A DNA stretch of 64,000 nucleotides from Raja brachyura. Taxonomy: Eukaryota. Positions 59,280 through 64,000 of this stretch are shown in pieces (the stretch's first letter is position 1; each line of letters begins with the position of its first letter). A program made the translations under genes and the position numbers. Location: contig OY740783.1 of the NCBI GenBank assembly GCA_963514005.1, forward strand, positions 129,828,001 through 129,892,000. The letters run 5' to 3'. The notes under the pieces were generated by a model that saw nothing but the letters and a program-made list of their open reading frames with translations, ran no database searches and was not told where the DNA came from.

Positions 59280-60185
59280 GTGTTGCCAGGTGAGGCAGTG
59301 GACCACTTGCACCTCCTCCAACCTCATCTACTGCATCCGTTGTTCAAGGCGTGGACTCATACAACACACTTTTTCTCACGGAGAGTGGTGATTCTGTGGA
59401 ATTCTCTGCCTCAGAGGGCGATGGAGGCAAGTTCTCTGGATGTTTTCAAGAGAGAGCTAGATAAGGCTCTTAAAGATAGTGGAGTCAGGGGATATGGGAG
59501 AGGCAGGAACGGGGTACTGATTGGGGTTGATCAGCCATGATCACATGAAATGCCGGTGCTAGCTCGAAGGGCCAAACGGCCTACTCCTGCACCTATTGTC
59601 TATTGTCTATCAGCGTGACCAAATGCAGACTTAGCCATCGTTTCTCTGAACACCTTCGCTCAGTCCGCCTGGACCTACCAGATCTCCTGGTTGCCAAACA
59701 CTTTAATTCCCCTGTTAAAGAAGGAACGGCAGATGTTGGAAAATCGAGGATTACACAAAATGCTGGAGAAACTCAGCGGGTGCAGCAGCATCTATGGAGC
59801 GAAGGAGATAGGCAACGTTTCGGGCTGAAACCCTTCCTTTAATTCCCCTTTCCATTCCCACACTGACCAGTCTTTCCTGGGCCTCCTCCACTGTCAGAGT
59901 GAGGCCAAACCCAAATGGGAGGAATAGCACCGCATATTTCGTCTTATTGAGTTCATTGTCTGTAACTCGTTTTCACCTAGCCCACTGCTAACAATGGCCT
60001 GTACCCTTTATCATCATTACTTTTTTGCATATCTTTCATTCACTTGTTCTACATCACCGTCTATATCTCTTGTTTCCCTGTCCCCCGACTCTCAGTCTGA
60101 AGAAGGGTCTCGACCCGAAATGTCATCCATACCTTTTCTCCAGAGATGCTGACTGACCCGCTGAGTTACTCAAAGTTTTTGTGTC
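59280..60185 (+). mobile_element. Penelope-like element 3' part (GIY-YIG endonuclease + terminal repeat) with two nested insertions
   Basis: TCTSSNLIYCIRCSR and TK.RL..RF.EHLRSV....VAKHFNSP. Split by a CR1 3' end (about 59365-59608) and an antisense short repeat (59714-59836, TSD CTTTAATTCCCCT). Confidence 0.85.
60092..60128 (+). ncRNA. Minimal hammerhead ribozyme core in Penelope terminal repeat
   Basis: TCAGT-CTGAAGA-A-GGGTC-TC-GACCC-GAAA-TGTC; C to T change after GAAA relative to the copy at 10465. Confidence 0.6.
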
Positions 60186-60822
60186 TAGCGAGGAAAGATA
60201 GTTGGATTAAATTGTGTTTATTTCAATGCAAGAGGCCTGTCAGGTTAGGAAGATGGCAGAATGGCAGGATGGCAGATAGATGAACTCAGGGCAAGGATAG
60301 GCACATGTGCCTAGGATGCTACATAGCCATCACAGAAACCTGTCCAAGAGAGGGACTGGACTGTCAGCTTCATGTTGTAGGGTGTAGGTGCTTCAGGCGA
60401 GGTAGAGGTGTGGATACGAGAGGAGGTGGTGTTGTTTTATTGATGAAGGAGAACGTGTATAAAATCATGATAAAAATTGATCATGCAGACGCACAGAGTC
60501 TCTAGGCTAGAACATGGGGATCGAGAACCATATGTTTAAGGTGAAGTGAGAAAGATTTAATGGTAATCTGAGGGTGTAACCTCCAGACTGACCTTTCACA
60601 TAAAGGGTGGTGGGTGTATGGAACGAGCTGCCGGAGGAGGTAGTTGAGCCAGGTACTGTTGCAACGTTTAAGAAGCATGTAGATGGGAACATGGATCGGA
60701 CAGCTTCAGAAGCATATGGGCCAAATGCAGGTAAGTGGGACTAGTGTAGATGGGGCGTTCTGGTCGGTGTGGCAAGTTGGGCCGAAGGACCCTGTTTCCT
60801 CACTGTATTACGGCAGAAGTCT

Positions 60823-61222
60823 TGTAATTATGCTCCTAAAGCTTACCCTGTTAGCCTGGTTCAGTAAAACACTGAGCCAAGCACTGGATTAACTGAACTC
60901 TTTATTATCAATCACTCACAAACAAACTTCCTATACGATACCTAACCAACACGGTGGGTCCGATCCTTGTCTCTGCTCGTCCAAGCAACTTCAACCTCGT
61001 GCGAAAAGACACCTCCAGACAGTCAACACAGTCCCAAGGGCACTTCCAGAAGATCGACATCGATCCATGTGGTGTCCCCTTTTTCATACTGTATCGGACC
61101 CGTGGTGCGAAATGCATGGGGGGGTGGGGGGGGGGGCAACCCCTACAAGCCAATCACAAATAAAGATCGTATGATACACTTATTGACAATTCCCTAACCC
61201 AATCACAAAATACCCCATTACA
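60823..61222 (-). mobile_element. Probable LTR
   Basis: TGTAAT...ATTACA termini; diverged homolog of 28459-28810. Confidence 0.6.
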
Positions 61223-62413
61223 TTATTTCCATAGAAGGTTCTAGTTGGAAGGTTCGAATAGTTCACCAAAGTAAATAAACATTTCCCCAGGTTACATCAA
61301 CAATTCGAGCAAGGCTCCATGCCCTGACCAATCACAAGATAACCGTGCAAAGACTCTGCAACATAATTGACAATACTTTACAACACCCCATTCTGTAACC
61401 AAGCCTGATCATGCATCTGCAACCCAGCTCAGCTCTTTTTGCAAAACCCTCATACATTGAGGGGACATCTGGACATCACCCAGTGCTTAACTTCCTCCCA
61501 GGGTCCACACACTCTGGAGCCATGAGCCTCATGTCTTTGCAGCTTTTCACAGAAAGATGATAAGCAGGCTTTGCAAAGGCAGAGATCCTCTATTTTGTCA
61601 CATACTTAATTTGGCCAATATTATCAGTCTGAGTCCATCCAGTGAGGCTTTTGGGATGGAGTTGAGAAATAAAAAGATGATTACATTGTTGGGAGTGTAC
61701 AATAAGCCCCAAAATATTCAACGGGAATTAGAAAAGCAAATCTCACATCGGTTTAGTATTCTGATAACAGCAGGGAAGAAGCTGTTCCTAAATCCTAAAA
61801 CGTTTGTATCTTCTGTCCGACTGGAGAGGGGAGAAGAGGAGATGACCAGGGTGTGAGTGGTCCCTGATTATGTTGCCTGCTCTCCCGAGGCAACGTGAAG
61901 TGTAAATGGTTCAATGGTTCTTTGTTGTCACATGCGCGCTGCACGGTAAGAATCTTATAGCATAGCGCACACATTCACCATATTTGGCGCCATTTATAAA
62001 AGTCCAAAGTCCGGCCCATGCACTCGATGTACTGAAACAGCTTCCGATCCAGGCAAGCCTCCAGGCTGCTGCAGGGACTCCTCCGTCACCCTCGGCCGGC
62101 TCGTCCCGTGAACCCTACGTACCTCTCCTCACCCGACTGTGCCCCGGAGGGTGCCTCCTGATACCAACCTCGATGTCTTTGGAGGCCATACCCCAGCCTC
62201 ACTCCTACCAGCCCACTCCTCATGTCCGTCATCACCAGTGGGCCCCCCCCCCCTCCTGGTGTTAGCAGAGTTGTTGCCAAACCAAAGTGCTCTGCATCCC
62301 AAATAGGATGCTTTCTACAGGGCATTTGTAGAAGTTGGTAAGAGTTGTTGGAGACATGCCAAACCTCTTTCATCTCTGGGGAAGTAGAGGTGTAAGTGCC
62401 CTCTACTTCCTAC

Positions 62414-62582
62414 NNNNNNNNNNNNNNNNNNNNNNNNNNNNNNNNNNNNNNNNNNNNNNNNNNNNNNNNNNNNNNNNNNNNNNNNNNNNNNNNNNNNNNN
62501 NNNNNNNNNNNNNNNNNNNNNNNNNNNNNNNNNNNNNNNNNNNNNNNNNNNNNNNNNNNNNNNNNNNNNNNNNNNNNNNNNN
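62414..62582. other. Assembly gap (169 N)
   Basis: Run of N. Confidence 1.
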
Positions 62583-62775
62583 CATTTCACATAGTGCTGG
62601 AGTAACTCAGCGGGTCAGGCAGCATCTGTGGAGAACATGGATAGGTGACGTTTCACAGAGTGCTGAAGTAACTCAGCGGGTCAGGCAGCATCTGTGGAGA
62701 ACATGGATAGGTGACGTTTCACAGAGTGCTGGAGTAACTGAGCGGGTCAGGCAGCATCTCTGGAGAACATGGAGA
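62583..62775. repeat. 66-bp tandem repeat, about 3 copies visible, abuts gap
   Basis: Same unit as 45025-45580. Confidence 0.92.
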
Positions 62776-62779
62776 GGTT

Positions 62780-63507
62780 AATTAGTTTCAGTTATAGTTT
62801 TAGAGATACACCACGGAAACAGGCCCTTCAGCCCACCGAGTCCGCACCGACCAACGATCCACACACATTAAGGTCATATGGTCATAAGGAATAGGAGAAG
62901 AATTAGGCCATTCGATCCATCAAGCCTGCTCTGCCATTCAATCATGGCTGATCTATCTCTCCCTCCTAACCCCATTCTCCTGCTTTTTCCCCGTAACCTC
63001 TGACACCCGTACTAATCAAGAATCTATCGATCTCTGCCTTATAAATTGCTGTGACTTGGCCTCCACAGCCGTCTATAGCAAAGAATTCCACAGATTCACT
63101 GCCGTCTGACTAAAATTCCTTCTCTTCTCCTTCCTAAAGAACGTCCTTTAATTCTGAGCCTATGACCTCTGGTCCTAGACTCTCCCACTAGTTGAAACAT
63201 CCTCTCCACATCCACTCTATCCAAGCCTTTCAATATCCGGTACCTTTTAATGAGGTCCCCTCCTTATTCTTCATAAAACATTAACACAACCCTATACACA
63301 CTAGGGACAAATTACATTTATACCAAGCCGATTAACCAACAAACCTGCACGTCTTTGGAGTGTGGGAGGAAACCGGAAAACTCGGAGAAAATCCCACGCA
63401 GGTCACGGGGAGATTGTACGGACTCCGTACAGACAAGCACCCATAGTCAGGATCGAACCCGGGTCTCTGGCGCTGTAAGGCAGTAGCTCTATCGCTGCGC
63501 CACCGTG
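62780..63507 (-). mobile_element. V-SINE split by a CR1 3' fragment (about 62869-63275)
   Basis: SINE tail at 62780-62868 and SINE head at 63277-63507. Confidence 0.78.
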
Positions 63508-63766
63508 TGCCCGGGTTGGATCGGGATCCTTCTTCAGACGGAAGAACTAAAACTTCACCTTTCCATGTTCTCCAGAGTAGATGCTGATCTGCTGAGTTAC
63601 TCCAGCACTCTGTGACCTTTTGTGCATTAACCATCTGCATCTTGTAGTTTCTATCTTTTTATTTAGTTTACAGGACCAGGGACCCTCTGATAGCTCAGCG
63701 TCAATGGCCTGTCATGATAAGGCTTATCTCACTTTAAAATCATCTTCCAGTCTGAAGAAGGGTCCC

Positions 63767-64000
63767 CTATCCATGTTCTCCAGAGAAGCTGCCTGACCCG
63801 CTGAGTTACTCCAGCCCTCTGTGAAACGTCACCTATCCATGTTCTCCACAGATGCTGCCTGACCCACTGAGTTACTCCAGCACTCTGTGAAACGTCACCT
63901 ATCCATGTTCTCCACAGATGCTGCCTGACCCACTGAGTTACTCCAGCACTCTGTGAAACGTCACCTATCCATGTTCTCCACAGATGCTGCCTGACCCGCT
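63767..64000. repeat. 66-bp tandem repeat in reverse orientation, runs off window
   Basis: Reverse complement of the 45025 unit. Confidence 0.92.

Overview
Repeat-dense vertebrate DNA. The tRNA-derived V-SINE/HE1-like SINEs, HER1-like CR1 LINEs, Rex1, Penelope and DIRS content point to a cartilaginous fish, probably a skate or ray (inference). Most of the window is transposon-derived. The main host gene is a + strand Ig-superfamily receptor: two Siglec-15-like V-set exons (9389-9778, 16455-16874) and a transmembrane exon carrying an Arg (19385-19480), all phase 1. A chain of candidate cytoplasmic micro-exons follows, one of them broken by a Rex1 LINE. No leader exon was identified. Downstream on the same strand lie two truncated pieces of a ZNF131-like zinc-finger gene, including its stop codon, 3'UTR and AATAAA, which could supply the receptor's 3' end. 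Also present: a full-length L1-clade LINE with TSD, CR1 LINEs, a 5'-truncated DIRS element, a Penelope GIY-YIG fragment with several minimal hammerhead ribozyme cores, a Helitron-like 3' end, Harbinger-type MITEs, two LTRs, two multi-kb G/C-skewed minisatellites and a 66-bp satellite. Homology calls come from recalled motifs and sequences, not database searches, and most repeat boundaries are approximate.
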